Positions 18,518 to 28,599 of a DNA stretch of 42,722 bases are shown here, piece after piece. A model generated the notes under the pieces. It ran no database searches and was not told the DNA's origin. It saw nothing but the letters and a program-made list of their open reading frames with translations. A program made the position numbers and the translations under genes. Numbering within the stretch: position 1 is the stretch's first letter; each line of letters begins with the position of its first letter. The stretch is from Halodesulfurarchaeum sp. (lineage in GTDB: Archaea > Halobacteriota > Halobacteria > Halobacteriales > Halobacteriaceae), in the NCBI GenBank assembly GCA_042216015.1, contig JBDGUI010000043.1, positions 1-42,722 on the forward strand. The letters are read 5' to 3'.

Positions 18518-18822
18518 CACTCCGCCACCTCTTCCTCGGCCTCCTCGCCGATCTTGTTGCGGTCGAGCATGTACTCGGACTCGATCTCGGCGGCGTCGTC
18601 GGCCGATTCGTAGACCTTCGCGTAGCCGATGGTCTTGCGCATGCCGAACTTGGTGTCGAGCTTGTGGACGACGACCTGGTCTGCGTCCCGGTCGAGCGTG
18701 GCGGCGAGACTGTCCCGCACGGAGAGTCTGGATGGCGATGCGTCCTCGTGAACGACCTCGAAGGTCACGTCAGTCCGGTGGAGAAGGGAGTTTTCCTCCT
18801 CGTCGAGTATCTCGATGTCCAT
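18517..18822 (-). CDS. rps24e: 30S ribosomal protein S24e
   Basis: [26 protein letters not shown] and LDRN. Confidence 0.96.
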   Translation of the reverse strand: MDIEILDEEENSLLHRTDVTFEVVHEDASPSRLSVRDSLAATLDRDADQVVVHKLDTKFGMRKTIGYAKVYESADDAAEIESEYMLDRNKIGEEAEEEVAE

Positions 18823-18883
18823 GGTCAGTTACCCATAGATCAGCCCGAAATCTGTAAAAGGATTTCGAAGGGCGGGCCGGGCT

Positions 18884-19417
18884 CTACGCGAGGGACTCCC
18901 AGAACTCCGAATCGCGCTCCATTCGGGACAGCAACGACCGGACCGTTGCCCGCAGATCGTCGTTTACCCTGGTTGCGACCATCCCCTCGCCCGGTTGGCC
19001 GTACACGACTGTCGCGCCCGTGGGGGCCAACAGGATCGTCGGCAGGACCGCCAGATCCTCCTCGCCGGCCACGACGATCCGAGCGGGTTCGGATTCCTCG
19101 AAGCCGGACTCGATCGCCTCGACCAGCTCGGCCGTGATGGTCCCGGCAGGGTTTTCGACCGCGTGCTCGGTCGCCGCGGCGGGCCGATCCGAAAGCACGT
19201 CCTCCCCAACCGGTCCGCGCTCGGTCCGGCCGTCGACGACCGAGAGGGTTGGGGTGACCCCCGCGCGGCCGATATGGGCGAGCACGACGTCGCCAACCGT
19301 GACGATCGGCTCCCCACGTTCCGAGAGGACCTGCTCTGCGGATTCGTATATCTCTCCCAGCGGGTCCGTGAACGCCTCGCGTTCCGCGGCCGGGAGCCGG
19401 GCCACGACGGTCGGCAC
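18884..19417 (-). CDS. GTP-dependent dephospho-CoA kinase (DUF359)
   Basis: VTVGDVV, VVDGRTER, NPAGTIT, GEEDLA and VYGQPGEG. Confidence 0.92.
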   Translation of the reverse strand: MPTVVARLPAAEREAFTDPLGEIYESAEQVLSERGEPIVTVGDVVLAHIGRAGVTPTLSVVDGRTERGPVGEDVLSDRPAAATEHAVENPAGTITAELVEAIESGFEESEPARIVVAGEEDLAVLPTILLAPTGATVVYGQPGEGMVATRVNDDLRATVRSLLSRMERDSEFWESLA

Positions 19418-19419
19418 GG

Positions 19420-19617
19420 TTAGCGGACCTTCAGCGCGTACTCCCCGCCTTCGGTGACCTCCATCTTCTCGGCGATCTCACTCTTATCGGGGTGGGTGAT
19501 GACCACGTAGCCCGCCCAGTCCTCGGTGAGGCTCGAGGAACCACAGTACGGGCAGGCGTTCTGGTCGGCCTCGACGATGTGGTGGCACTCCCGGCACGAC
19601 AGGCGCTTTGTGGCCAT
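19420..19617 (-). CDS. spt4: transcription elongation factor Spt4 (RpoE'')
   Basis: CRECH...CPYCG, EDWAG and YALKVR. Confidence 0.96.
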   Translation of the reverse strand: MATKRLSCRECHHIVEADQNACPYCGSSSLTEDWAGYVVITHPDKSEIAEKMEVTEGGEYALKVR

Positions 19618-20190
19618 CTACTCGCCCTCCGCCGTCGCCGTCTCTTCCTGTCGGGCCTCGCGAAGCCAGCCGTGCTTGCCCAACCCGGGTTGTTTCGCGG
19701 TGAGTCCGATCTTGGACTCGCGGGGGTTGCGCTCGTCGATCGATTTGGTGACGATGCGGCCCCGGACGGCGTCGCCGACGCCCAGGCTGTTGTTCGACTC
19801 CCGGGAGGCGAGCATCTGGTTCTCCTCGTCGAAGGCCAGGTACTCATCCGATATCTGGGAGACGTGGAGCAGGCCGTCGACGGGACCGATCCCGACGAAG
19901 GCGCCGAAGGAGACGACCTCGACGATCTCGCCGTCGACGACCTCCTGCATCTCCGGATCGAACGTCAGGGCGTCGAACTCCGTCTCGTAGTAGACGCCGG
20001 GCCTGTTCGGGATGACCGCGCCCTCGCCGACGTCGTGAACCTCCGTGACCGTGACGATGGAGCCGACGTCCTCGTCCATCCGCCCCTCCAGTTTGTCCTG
20101 CAGGAGCCGCTTGATGAGATCCGGGGTGACGTCGTCGAGCGCCTCGGGGGGCACTTCGACCGTATCTGTGAGTCTAACTCGCTTGTACAT
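19618..20190 (-). CDS. rpoE1: DNA-directed RNA polymerase subunit Rpo7 (E')
   Basis: FGAFVGIGPVDGLLHVSQI S1 motif and KIGLTAKQPGLG. Confidence 0.96.
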   Translation of the reverse strand: MYKRVRLTDTVEVPPEALDDVTPDLIKRLLQDKLEGRMDEDVGSIVTVTEVHDVGEGAVIPNRPGVYYETEFDALTFDPEMQEVVDGEIVEVVSFGAFVGIGPVDGLLHVSQISDEYLAFDEENQMLASRESNNSLGVGDAVRGRIVTKSIDERNPRESKIGLTAKQPGLGKHGWLREARQEETATAEGE

Positions 20191-20568
20191 CTATGGTTGA
20201 GTACGGGTTAATTGATTCCGCCCCCTTAAATGGATTACCTGAACGCCCGCCTCGAGGAGGCGCTCGCGGAGGGGGGCGTCGTTCGTGACGACGGCGTCGA
20301 CCTGTCCGTCCGAGCCGAGGGCAACCAACGCGTCGTCGGCGTACGATTCTTCTGTATCGACCGGTTCACAGCGCCCGGCGAGGTCGAGCCCGACCCGTGC
20401 CGCCCGACCGGCCTGCCCGTCCGAATCCGCGAGCGACTCGAGTTCCCGTCGGACCGTGCCCGGGACGACCGGCGTGTACTCTCCGAGGAGCCGATCCAGT
20501 TCCTCAAAGACCCGCAGATCGGCCTCGACCGGCATCATCAGAGCGTTCGCGTCCATGGCGACTTTCAT
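20191..20568 (-). CDS. PIN-domain protein (Fcf1/Utp24-like)
   Basis: [22 protein letters not shown] and VVTND motifs; conserved position after aIF2-gamma. Confidence 0.9.
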   Translation of the reverse strand: MKVAMDANALMMPVEADLRVFEELDRLLGEYTPVVPGTVRRELESLADSDGQAGRAARVGLDLAGRCEPVDTEESYADDALVALGSDGQVDAVVTNDAPLRERLLEAGVQVIHLRGRNQLTRTQP

Positions 20569-21803
20569 CCCCGCAGCGTGCCGATGCCGATCAGTCGCCA
20601 CCGGGTGCCGACCCGGCGGTTGATCGCGATCGTCGCCCCCTCTGGAGCACAGACCGGCCGCTTGAGGTTCACCTCTGCCTCCTCGTCGCGAGCGCTCGTG
20701 ACCGCGCCGACGGTGGTGGCCGTCCCGATGGTCAGCATGAGCGGTTCGCCCGTGCTGATCGGCTCGACTGATCCCTCTTCCTCCGCGCCGACGAGCCGGT
20801 CGAGGAGGTCGATGTCCATCTCGAACTGCTCCCAGACCGGCGGGAGCGTACCCGGCTCGCCGGCGACCTGGCCCGCGAGTGCGTCCCCCTTGGTCAGACT
20901 CGGGTCGAGTCCGGTACCGACCCCGAGGAGGCCGCCGGGCGAGGCGGAGTCGACCAGTTCTTCCCCGGACTGGATCGACCGAACGGTGGAAGTGACGGGT
21001 TCCCAGTGGGTCTGGCCGCCCTCCTCGATTTCCCGACCGGGTCGGATTTCGAGTTCCGTATCGGTCTCGAGGATGCCCTGGACCAGACTGCCGCCGATGA
21101 CCCCGCCGCTGAGGTCGCTCCACTCGGTTCCGGGACGGTTGATGTCGAAACTGCGGGCGACGTACATCCTCGCGTCCGTGTCCGGATCGCGCTCGGGGGT
21201 GGGAATGGTCTCCTGGAGGGCCTCGATGATCAGGTCGATGTTGATCTCCTGCTCGGCGCTGATCGGGACGATCGGCGCGCCCTCGGCGACGGTCCCCTCC
21301 ACGAACTCGGTGATCTGCTCGTAGTTCTCACGGGCGGTCTCGCCGTCCACGAGGTCGACCTTGTTCTGGGCGATGACGATGTTCTGGATGCCGATGCTGT
21401 CCAGGGCCATCAGGTGCTCCTCGGTCTGGGGCTGGGGAACCGACTCGGTCGCCGAGACGACGAGCACGGCCCCGTCCATGAGCGCTGCACCGGAGAGCAT
21501 CGTCGCCATCAGGGTCTCGTGGCCGGGAGCGTCGACGAAGGAGACCGTGCGGAGGGCCTCGGTTTCGACGTCGTGTTCCGGGCAGGTTTCCTCGACCGTG
21601 TAGGCCTCCGGCGTGTCACACTCGGGACAGCGGCGCAGGGTCGTATCGGCGTAACCGAGCCTGATCGAGATGCCGCGCTTGAGCTCCTCCGAGTGCTGGT
21701 CGGTCCACTCGCCCGAGAGGGCCCGGACCAGGGTGGTCTTCCCGTGGTCCACGTGCCCGACGAGTCCGATGTTCACCTCCGGTTGTGGGTTGTCGGCTTC
21801 CAT
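20565..21803 (-). CDS. eif2g: translation initiation factor aIF2 subunit gamma
   Basis: [28 protein letters not shown] and WRLIG; zinc knuckle. Confidence 0.97.
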   Translation of the reverse strand: MEADNPQPEVNIGLVGHVDHGKTTLVRALSGEWTDQHSEELKRGISIRLGYADTTLRRCPECDTPEAYTVEETCPEHDVETEALRTVSFVDAPGHETLMATMLSGAALMDGAVLVVSATESVPQPQTEEHLMALDSIGIQNIVIAQNKVDLVDGETARENYEQITEFVEGTVAEGAPIVPISAEQEINIDLIIEALQETIPTPERDPDTDARMYVARSFDINRPGTEWSDLSGGVIGGSLVQGILETDTELEIRPGREIEEGGQTHWEPVTSTVRSIQSGEELVDSASPGGLLGVGTGLDPSLTKGDALAGQVAGEPGTLPPVWEQFEMDIDLLDRLVGAEEEGSVEPISTGEPLMLTIGTATTVGAVTSARDEEAEVNLKRPVCAPEGATIAINRRVGTRWRLIGIGTLRG

Positions 21804-21958
21804 GGTCACGAAGTAATCTTGTCCGATTTTGGCGAGGAACGACTGATAAACCTGCTGTTCCGACCGTCCTGGCTCCCGGGCGTTCCGGTGAGATCTGCGG
21901 GCCAGCTCACCGCTTCACCGGCCCAAACTGGTAAGTCGGTCCGCCCGTTATGGCTGGT

Positions 21959-22168
21959 ATGGAACAGAACGTCGGCGGCACTGACCAGACCATCCGCGTC
22001 GCGCTCGGGATGCTCCTGACGATCCTCGGGGCAGTTTCGATAGTCGGGCAGGGTCTCGGCCTGCCGATTGGCATCGTGGCGCTCGTCGTGGGACTCGTGT
22101 TGCTCGTGACGGGATACACCCAGCAGTGTCTCATATACCGGCCCCTGGGAATCAGCACGAAGCGGTAG
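21959..22168 (+). CDS. DUF2892 (YgaP-like) small membrane protein
   Basis: MEQNVGGTD..IR, two TM helices, C--Y--LGIST tail. Confidence 0.88.
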   Translation: MEQNVGGTDQTIRVALGMLLTILGAVSIVGQGLGLPIGIVALVVGLVLLVTGYTQQCLIYRPLGISTKR

Positions 22169-22250
22169 CCCCGATCGGCGTCGAACCGACAGACCCGGCC
22201 CGAACGCTGGCGGGGAACGCCTTTTGGCCGTCTATGGGTTACAGTGAATC

Positions 22251-23255
22251 GTGCGCGAGTACGACTTCGAACTGCGGCTGGCCGCGCTTCTCGAGCGTGA
22301 CGGCCTCCCGGGGCGCCTCGAGGCCGACGAGCCGGGGATTCTCGCCCGTCAGCTCGGGACCAGCGTGGTTGGCTCCGGGTCGCGAATCCTGGATCTGGTC
22401 GCCGTCGAGCCGGGACCCGCCTTCGACGAACGCGTCGCGCTCACCGAGGAGACGATCCCCCCACTCGCCCTCGAGAGTTCGGTTTCGGTGGGCAACTTCC
22501 GGCCCGTGAGGACGGCCATTGACGCACCACCGGCGGTCGCCCAGCGGGTGGCCGAGCGGGCGGCCGAGGTCGGCTTTTTCGAACTCGCACGGCGGGACGG
22601 CCGGCCGGTCGCCAGGCAGGTCGCCCGCTATCCCGACTGGTTTTCCACCCTGGTCGGCATCGAGAACAAGCCCGATCTGGGCAGGCCCGGCGACCTCGCC
22701 GCCCAGCTCCGCCGGGACGTGAGCCTCCGGGTCCTCGATCACGTCGTGCTCGCGACGGCCTCACACGTCACGGGGGCACACCGGCACCGGCTCCCGGATC
22801 CGGTGGGGATCTGGCGGGTCGATCCGGACGAACCACGCGTGGAGGTGATCCGGGAGCCGGAGCCCCTCTCCCCGGCCGAACCGAGTTTCGAAATTCGGGC
22901 CGAACAGCCCGGGCAGTTCGACGTGTCCTTCGTCCCCGGAGCGGCGAAGGCCCGACAGCGCCGCCGGATCGCCGAACGGGCCTACGGCAAGGGCTGGCGC
23001 CCCGCTGCTGTGCCCGGATGTTCGAACTTCAGCCTGGAGCGGGTCGCGGGAGCCGGTGGGTTGCCCGGCTGTTCGTGGGCCGGCCGACTGGTCGAGCCCG
23101 CCGCGGAGTGTGGACCGGACTGTCCGGGTTTCGAGGCGGGTCAGGCAGTAGACGTTGACCCCATCTCCGAACGTGCCCGGCGGACGCCCTGGGAGCCGGA
23201 TCCCCCCGGACGGGCCCGCAAGCAGGCGTTTCTCGACCGGTTCAGGGAGCGGTGA
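22251..23255 (+). CDS. DUF5787-like haloarchaeal protein, possible PD-(D/E)XK nuclease
   Basis: MREYDFEL, RQLG, RILD, GIENKPDL and AERAYGKGWR motifs; C-terminal Cys cluster. Confidence 0.78.
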   Translation: MREYDFELRLAALLERDGLPGRLEADEPGILARQLGTSVVGSGSRILDLVAVEPGPAFDERVALTEETIPPLALESSVSVGNFRPVRTAIDAPPAVAQRVAERAAEVGFFELARRDGRPVARQVARYPDWFSTLVGIENKPDLGRPGDLAAQLRRDVSLRVLDHVVLATASHVTGAHRHRLPDPVGIWRVDPDEPRVEVIREPEPLSPAEPSFEIRAEQPGQFDVSFVPGAAKARQRRRIAERAYGKGWRPAAVPGCSNFSLERVAGAGGLPGCSWAGRLVEPAAECGPDCPGFEAGQAVDVDPISERARRTPWEPDPPGRARKQAFLDRFRER

Positions 23256-23274
23256 TCGAGTGCCGGCCCGGAAT

Positions 23275-24093
23275 CTACAGCTCGATCTGTTCCCCGTCCA
23301 CCCCGAGTTCCGGGTCGAAGGCCTCTTCGACCGGGTATCGGTGAGAAAGGTGAACCAGCCTGTAGTCCGCGGCGTCGAGTTCCTCGACCAGGGAACGAGC
23401 CCCCTCACGGGTCATGTGCTTGGTCCCGAAGGAGCGGGGCACGCCGTTTTCGTCCGGATGACGCCCGCCCAGTGGATGTTTCTCGCACATCGAGGCGGGC
23501 ACGATCCCGTCCGCGAGCAGGAGATCGGCGTTCCGGAGGACCTCTCGGGAGGAATCGGGGATGGCGTAACTCGTATCGCCGGTGAGTGCGAGAGTGGCGT
23601 ACTCCCCCTCGATTCGGAGGCCGTAGCTCGACAGGGGCGGGTGCTCGACCGGGACGAGCGTGACCGAAAAGCCCGCGGCCTCGAAGGGCTGGAATGGCGT
23701 CTGTGGGTGAACGGTCACCTGGTCGAGGTACGAGTATCGCCGGGAGACGGTTTCGGCGACGGACTCGCCCGTTTCGGGGTCTGTCTCGCTTGCGGCGTGG
23801 ACGTCCAGTTCGGAAAGCAGGCGGTAGACGTTCCCGAGCCCGTCGAGGTGGTCGAAGTGGACGTGGGTGATGATGGCCGCATCGGGGAGTGGCACCTCGG
23901 TCCCGAGGAACTGCGAGCGGAAGTCAGGGCTCGCGTCGATCAGCAGGCTCTCGCCCGTTCGCTCGCTCCGGACGTGGACGGAGAACCGCGATCGCTCCTG
24001 GCCGGTCTCCCGGGCTCTCGTGCAGGTCGGACACTCACACCGCGGCACCGGGGTTCCGGCGGTGTCCCCGGTTCCCAGGAGCGTGACGCGCAT
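23275..24093 (-). CDS. MBL-fold metallo-hydrolase (PhnP-like phosphodiesterase)
   Basis: LGTG, P-C-C-TC zinc motif, THVHFDHLDG, TGDT and HLSH. Confidence 0.92.
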   Translation of the reverse strand: MRVTLLGTGDTAGTPVPRCECPTCTRARETGQERSRFSVHVRSERTGESLLIDASPDFRSQFLGTEVPLPDAAIITHVHFDHLDGLGNVYRLLSELDVHAASETDPETGESVAETVSRRYSYLDQVTVHPQTPFQPFEAAGFSVTLVPVEHPPLSSYGLRIEGEYATLALTGDTSYAIPDSSREVLRNADLLLADGIVPASMCEKHPLGGRHPDENGVPRSFGTKHMTREGARSLVEELDAADYRLVHLSHRYPVEEAFDPELGVDGEQIEL

Positions 24094-25413
24094 CTATGGC
24101 ATCGGCGCGTGGTCGTGATCGTGGTCGTGCTCGCCCTCGACGTCGAGGGCCTCCTCGATGGTCTCGAGGTTCCGCATGTGGTCCCGCTCCTCGAATTCCT
24201 CGACGGCGTCGAGCAGGTCCTGCTGGGTGAGGGTGGTGCGATCGGAGACGAGCGCGGAGAGCACGGCTTCGCGGAGCACCAGTCGCAGGTCGCTGCCGGT
24301 GAGCCCCTCCGTCTCGGCGGCGATCTCCGCGGCGTCGAAGCCCTCGATCTCGATGTCCGCCGTGACGAGGTCGAGGATCCCCCGCCGCATCGACTCGTCC
24401 GGCCGGGGGAAGTGAAGGATCTCGTCGAAGCGCCGCCACGCCGCGGCGTCGAGTTCGTCCGGGTGATTCGTGGCCCCGATGAGCAGGACGTCGTCCCGGA
24501 TCAGGCTCACCTCGTCGATCGACTTGAGCAGGGTGTTCACGGCCCGCTTGATGGCGGCGTGTTCGTCGCTCGTGCGGGTCTTCGCCACGAAGTCGAACTC
24601 GTCGATGAAGAGGATACAGGGCGAGAGCCGCTTTGCCACCTCGAAGACCTTCTCGACGTTCTTCGCCGTCTCCCCGAGGTACTGGCTCGTGATCATCGAG
24701 AGCTTGACCTCGACGAAGGGAAGATCCAGCTGGTGGGCCAACCCCCGCGCGACGGAGGTCTTGCCGGTCCCCGGCGGGCCGACGAAGAGGAGTTTGCCGA
24801 TCTCGCGGAGGCCGATCTCGGCGAGGTAATCCCGGTGCTCGATGGCCTTTGCGACCTTCCTGACCTCCGTCGACTGGTCCTTCGTGAGCACGAGATCGTC
24901 GAGAGTGATCTCGATCTCGGCCGGGGCCCGCACCTCCACGAGGTCGAGCATCTCCTCGTCGTCCTCGTCGAAGTACGAGTCGAGCTGGGACTGGATGTAC
25001 TGCGGGTCCGCGTGGACGGGTCGGTTCGCCTCGCGGGCGGCCTCGTAATCGAGGTCCCAGCCCTCGCGGTCCCGGTATTCGTAGGCCAGGGCGGGATTTG
25101 CCTGGAGGCGCTCGGGCTCGGCCCGCTCGAGGAACCACTCCTCGAGCATGTCCTCGTCGGTCACCGAGATCGTTCCGGAGAAGCTATCGCGGTCGGTGAA
25201 CATCAGCCCCGAGATCTCGGCCCACGGGTCCTCGATGTCCGTGGCTGCCGCGATGTCGTCCTCGTCGGGTTTCGGGGGACGGCCCACCCCGTCACCGGAC
25301 CAGAGAGCGGTCCGGATGGCGGGGGGCAGGTCGTTCTCGTCGAGTTCCGGGTTTCGATCGTAACAGATCCCGGTGAGCAGCACCTCGACGACGTCCAGTT
25401 GCCGGTGTTCCAT
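24094..25413 (-). CDS. AAA-family ATPase (single CDC48-like AAA module)
   Basis: Walker A GPPGTGKT, Walker B LFIDEFD, ATNHPDELDAAAWRRFD and GLTGSDL. Confidence 0.94.
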   Translation of the reverse strand: MEHRQLDVVEVLLTGICYDRNPELDENDLPPAIRTALWSGDGVGRPPKPDEDDIAAATDIEDPWAEISGLMFTDRDSFSGTISVTDEDMLEEWFLERAEPERLQANPALAYEYRDREGWDLDYEAAREANRPVHADPQYIQSQLDSYFDEDDEEMLDLVEVRAPAEIEITLDDLVLTKDQSTEVRKVAKAIEHRDYLAEIGLREIGKLLFVGPPGTGKTSVARGLAHQLDLPFVEVKLSMITSQYLGETAKNVEKVFEVAKRLSPCILFIDEFDFVAKTRTSDEHAAIKRAVNTLLKSIDEVSLIRDDVLLIGATNHPDELDAAAWRRFDEILHFPRPDESMRRGILDLVTADIEIEGFDAAEIAAETEGLTGSDLRLVLREAVLSALVSDRTTLTQQDLLDAVEEFEERDHMRNLETIEEALDVEGEHDHDHDHAPMP

Positions 25414-25486
25414 CTTACAGAACTACCCGGCCCCGATTGAAAAGACCGTCGACCGCGGATTCGCCGTTTCCGTGCTCCCGTCGGTG

Positions 25487-27139
25487 CTACTCGCGGATGA
25501 AGAAGACGATCGGTCGGCTGTGGAGGTACCCCTGATGGGTGACCTCCCGATACCCTTCGAGTCGGGAGCGGACCTCCGAGGCGCTCTCCTCGAGGACAAT
25601 GACGACCGGCGGGTCGTACCGCTCGATCACCGACGGGTCTTTCGTACTTCCGACCCGGGCATCGTACTGTTCGAGATACCAGGGAAGCGGCAATCGGTCG
25701 AACCAGCCGGCATATCCCCCGTCGTCGATGTCGAGGGTTGCCGGTTCCCCGAGTTCGTCCGCCGTGTAGAATTCCTCCCCGTAGAACATGACGTCGATGC
25801 CCTCGTGTTCGGCGGCGATCTCCTCGATCGCTTCGAGCGTGGGCTTCATGTCGCCGGCCGGCTGGGCGTACTGGACGACCGGGTTTCGATCGTCGGCCGG
25901 GTAGACCACGTTGATGCCGATCCCAGCACCCGCCGTCACGAGGCCCGCACCGAGTAGCAGGACGAGGGCGACCGCCGCGGTGCGGCGATCGTTCCGGCGG
26001 AGGGCCCGCTCGGCCCGACGGAGGACCAGGGCCAGTCCCACCGCCGCCGGAATCGCGAGTGGAACGAGCACGTGCACGGCCGTCCAGCCGGCCTGGATGT
26101 CAGAGACGATCGGGTACCCGAGGAGACTCGCCAGTCCCCAGTAAAACGCCAGCGCGACGACGTCCCGTGGGTCACCGCTTCGATACCGATCGGCGAGAAA
26201 GCCGATGGTCCCGAAGACCATCGTGGTTAGCCCGCCGACGGCGACGACCTTCAGGAGGTGTCCCAGGAAGTTCACGTAGGAGTGTTTCTGCATCCCGGTA
26301 TCCCCCCAGAGGTCGGTGATCTTATCCCAGGTTCCAATCGTCGCCTCCTCGAGGACGCCGGGGAGCCGGGCGGGGTTTCCCAGTGCGTGATAGAGATCCG
26401 GCTTTGGCGCATAGAACGAGACGACGACGGCTGCGAGGAGGAGCGATCCGCCGAGAACGGCGTATTTTGCCCGCCAGACGGCCCCGAAGGCTCTTCTCAG
26501 CGTTTCCTTCAGGAGGCGATACCGGTCACGCTCCCGGTACCGGGCGAGGAAGAGCCGCTGGTCGAGCAGGAGCACGAGCCCGCCGGCCCAGGTCACCGGG
26601 TACAGGAGCGCGTTTTCCTTGGTCGTCATCGCGAGGCCGAAGGCGAGTCCGGCGCCGAGCAGGTAGCGTCTCTGCCCGGTGTCGATGGAGCGGATCACGA
26701 GCGCGAAGGCGAGAAAGGCGAAGGCCGCGAGCAGGACGTCGTTTCGCATGAACCGCGAGTAGTAGACCAGGATCGGGTTGACCGCGAGGATGCCCCCGAG
26801 AAACAGGACTTCCCGATGTCTCAATCGATCCCGGAGCAGCCACGCCGAGAGCGGCAGGAGCCCCCCGACGAGGGCGACGATCAGCCGCATCGAGAAGTCA
26901 GACGGGCCGAGTACGGTGAAGACGACGCTGTTGACGTGGGGGAGAAACGGGCCGTGGATGATCGGCCGGTACTCCCAGGCGCCGACGGCCATGTAGTGGA
27001 GGGTCCAGCTCGCCACCCGCGCCTCGTCCTGATGGGCCACCCTCGCGCCGAGCCCGAGCAGTCGGATCACGAGGGAGAGAACGGTGATCCCGACCAGCTG
27101 AAAGGAGAGCCGCCTCAGCCGGGACCCGTTGCCGTCCAT
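25487..27139 (-). CDS. GT-C-like membrane protein, flippase-associated Agl23/TIGR03663-like
   Basis: HQDEARVA, YRPIIHGP, YYSRFMRND, TKENA and LPWY; TATAAA at 27162-27167 (TTTATA on the minus strand) supports the start at 27139. Confidence 0.85.
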   Translation of the reverse strand: MDGNGSRLRRLSFQLVGITVLSLVIRLLGLGARVAHQDEARVASWTLHYMAVGAWEYRPIIHGPFLPHVNSVVFTVLGPSDFSMRLIVALVGGLLPLSAWLLRDRLRHREVLFLGGILAVNPILVYYSRFMRNDVLLAAFAFLAFALVIRSIDTGQRRYLLGAGLAFGLAMTTKENALLYPVTWAGGLVLLLDQRLFLARYRERDRYRLLKETLRRAFGAVWRAKYAVLGGSLLLAAVVVSFYAPKPDLYHALGNPARLPGVLEEATIGTWDKITDLWGDTGMQKHSYVNFLGHLLKVVAVGGLTTMVFGTIGFLADRYRSGDPRDVVALAFYWGLASLLGYPIVSDIQAGWTAVHVLVPLAIPAAVGLALVLRRAERALRRNDRRTAAVALVLLLGAGLVTAGAGIGINVVYPADDRNPVVQYAQPAGDMKPTLEAIEEIAAEHEGIDVMFYGEEFYTADELGEPATLDIDDGGYAGWFDRLPLPWYLEQYDARVGSTKDPSVIERYDPPVVIVLEESASEVRSRLEGYREVTHQGYLHSRPIVFFIRE

Positions 27140-27423
27140 GTCCCCCGGTTGCCCCGACCGGTATAAAGGTTCCACGCCATCGGCTCGGCGACCGGTTCGG
27201 ACGACGTTGAGCGACAGTGCCCCCTCCGGGAGGAGTGGACCGTCCATTGCCGACTGGAGACCTTTGTCAGACGACTGGGGTTTACCGAGGGGGGCGGGTG
27301 ACTGTGTGTCCCCCGATCCGCGTGCTGTCGACCGCGCCAACCGACGAGAACCGATCGAACGGATCGCGTTTTGGGCCGGGGACGCAATCTTTTTCGGGGC
27401 GGTAATCGTACTGACACACGGAC

Positions 27424-27645
27424 ATGAACGCAGAAGACCTGCAAGCGATGCTCGAGAAGAACGGCGAGCTGATGGTCGCCGTGAGCGAGTTCGACATGCC
27501 CCTCGAACTTCACCTTCACGACACGGAAATCGGCGAGGAGATGGTTCGACTCGAACTGACCGACGGCGTGGTCAAGTTCGACATCGACGAGGTCACTGGC
27601 GCGTGGCAACACACCCACTCGCTCGCTGACCTCGGCCTCGAGTGA
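27424..27645 (+). CDS. small acidic hypothetical protein (73 aa)
   Basis: Typical haloarchaeal codon usage and acidity; TATA-like CTTTTT about 30 nt upstream. Confidence 0.8.
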   Translation: MNAEDLQAMLEKNGELMVAVSEFDMPLELHLHDTEIGEEMVRLELTDGVVKFDIDEVTGAWQHTHSLADLGLE

Positions 27646-27823
27646 GGACGACACCGCGGCTTTTGCGGGGACTGGCGCCGACTCTCCCCACCGTTGCGGA
27701 ACGTATTTTTCGCTTGCCGTCCCAGGTCCGGTAGATGTCGGGACCTCTCCGTTTCTTCGGCCGTCCGTTCGACGGCTCGACACTGAGCACACATGCGACC
27801 GGAACGCCGGTGTTCGAGCCGAC

Positions 27824-28456
27824 ATGAGCGAATCGAAATCGGCCTTCCGAGCGGCGAAAGCCGAACGCTCCACGCTTCGCTGGCTCTTCGGCTGGCACCC
27901 GGTCGTCGGCTGGGCGATGGTGGTCTTTCTACTCGGTGGGGTGGGCTATTACCTCCGGGCCAGCTACCAGTTCGCGCTGGTCGGGCTGGTGCTCGGCGGT
28001 CCGATCTGGTATCAGGGCATGCGGTACATCAACCGACACTGGGAATCGATCCGCGACGGGTACCTGACGGACGTCGAGAAGTACGGCCCGACCGTTCTCG
28101 AGGCCGCCGGGATGGACGAGGGCGCCGACGTGTTCACCCTCACGAAGACCCCCGAGGACACCCAGCCCTTCGTCGAGGCCCCCGAACAGGTCGATGCGAC
28201 CCTCGTCGGCGTGGACGGGACGGGCGTCTATATCTACGAGACGACCCTCGATCTCATGTTCCTCAAGGCGGGCATCGGAACCGACCCGGAGCAGGTGATC
28301 CACTTCCCCTCTTCCAATCTCGAGAGGGCAGAGTACGAGGACGGCACACTCGTGATCAGCCCGGTCCGGGAGACGGAGGATCTCGTGACCTATCGGACCC
28401 CCGTGGATGCGGAACCAGTTGAGCTACTCGCGAGAATCCGGGAACAGGCCCAGTGA
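27824..28456 (+). CDS. hypothetical membrane protein (2 TM plus beta-rich soluble domain)
   Basis: Two N-terminal hydrophobic helices followed by an acidic beta-rich domain. Confidence 0.78.
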   Translation: MSESKSAFRAAKAERSTLRWLFGWHPVVGWAMVVFLLGGVGYYLRASYQFALVGLVLGGPIWYQGMRYINRHWESIRDGYLTDVEKYGPTVLEAAGMDEGADVFTLTKTPEDTQPFVEAPEQVDATLVGVDGTGVYIYETTLDLMFLKAGIGTDPEQVIHFPSSNLERAEYEDGTLVISPVRETEDLVTYRTPVDAEPVELLARIREQAQ

Positions 28457-28599
28457 TGTCGCGGAAAAAGCAGTCCCCGTGAGGCCACAAAAACCGAGCT
28501 GGGCACAGCCTCGGTGAGGACTCCCGCCCGCGATCGGTCGGTCACCACGAATCGGTTCGGCGTCCCATCGAGTCGGGCCGAAATTTCCCCGCCGTCGAA

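Noticed and set aside
20191..20568. PIN protein as a VapC toxin
   Set aside because: There is no antitoxin gene, and it occupies the conserved position between aIF2-gamma and rpoE1 typical of the Fcf1/Utp24-like protein.
23155..25440. 761-aa plus-strand ORF, the longest in the track
   Set aside because: Mirror frame of the MBL and AAA genes, which carry clear motifs on the minus strand.
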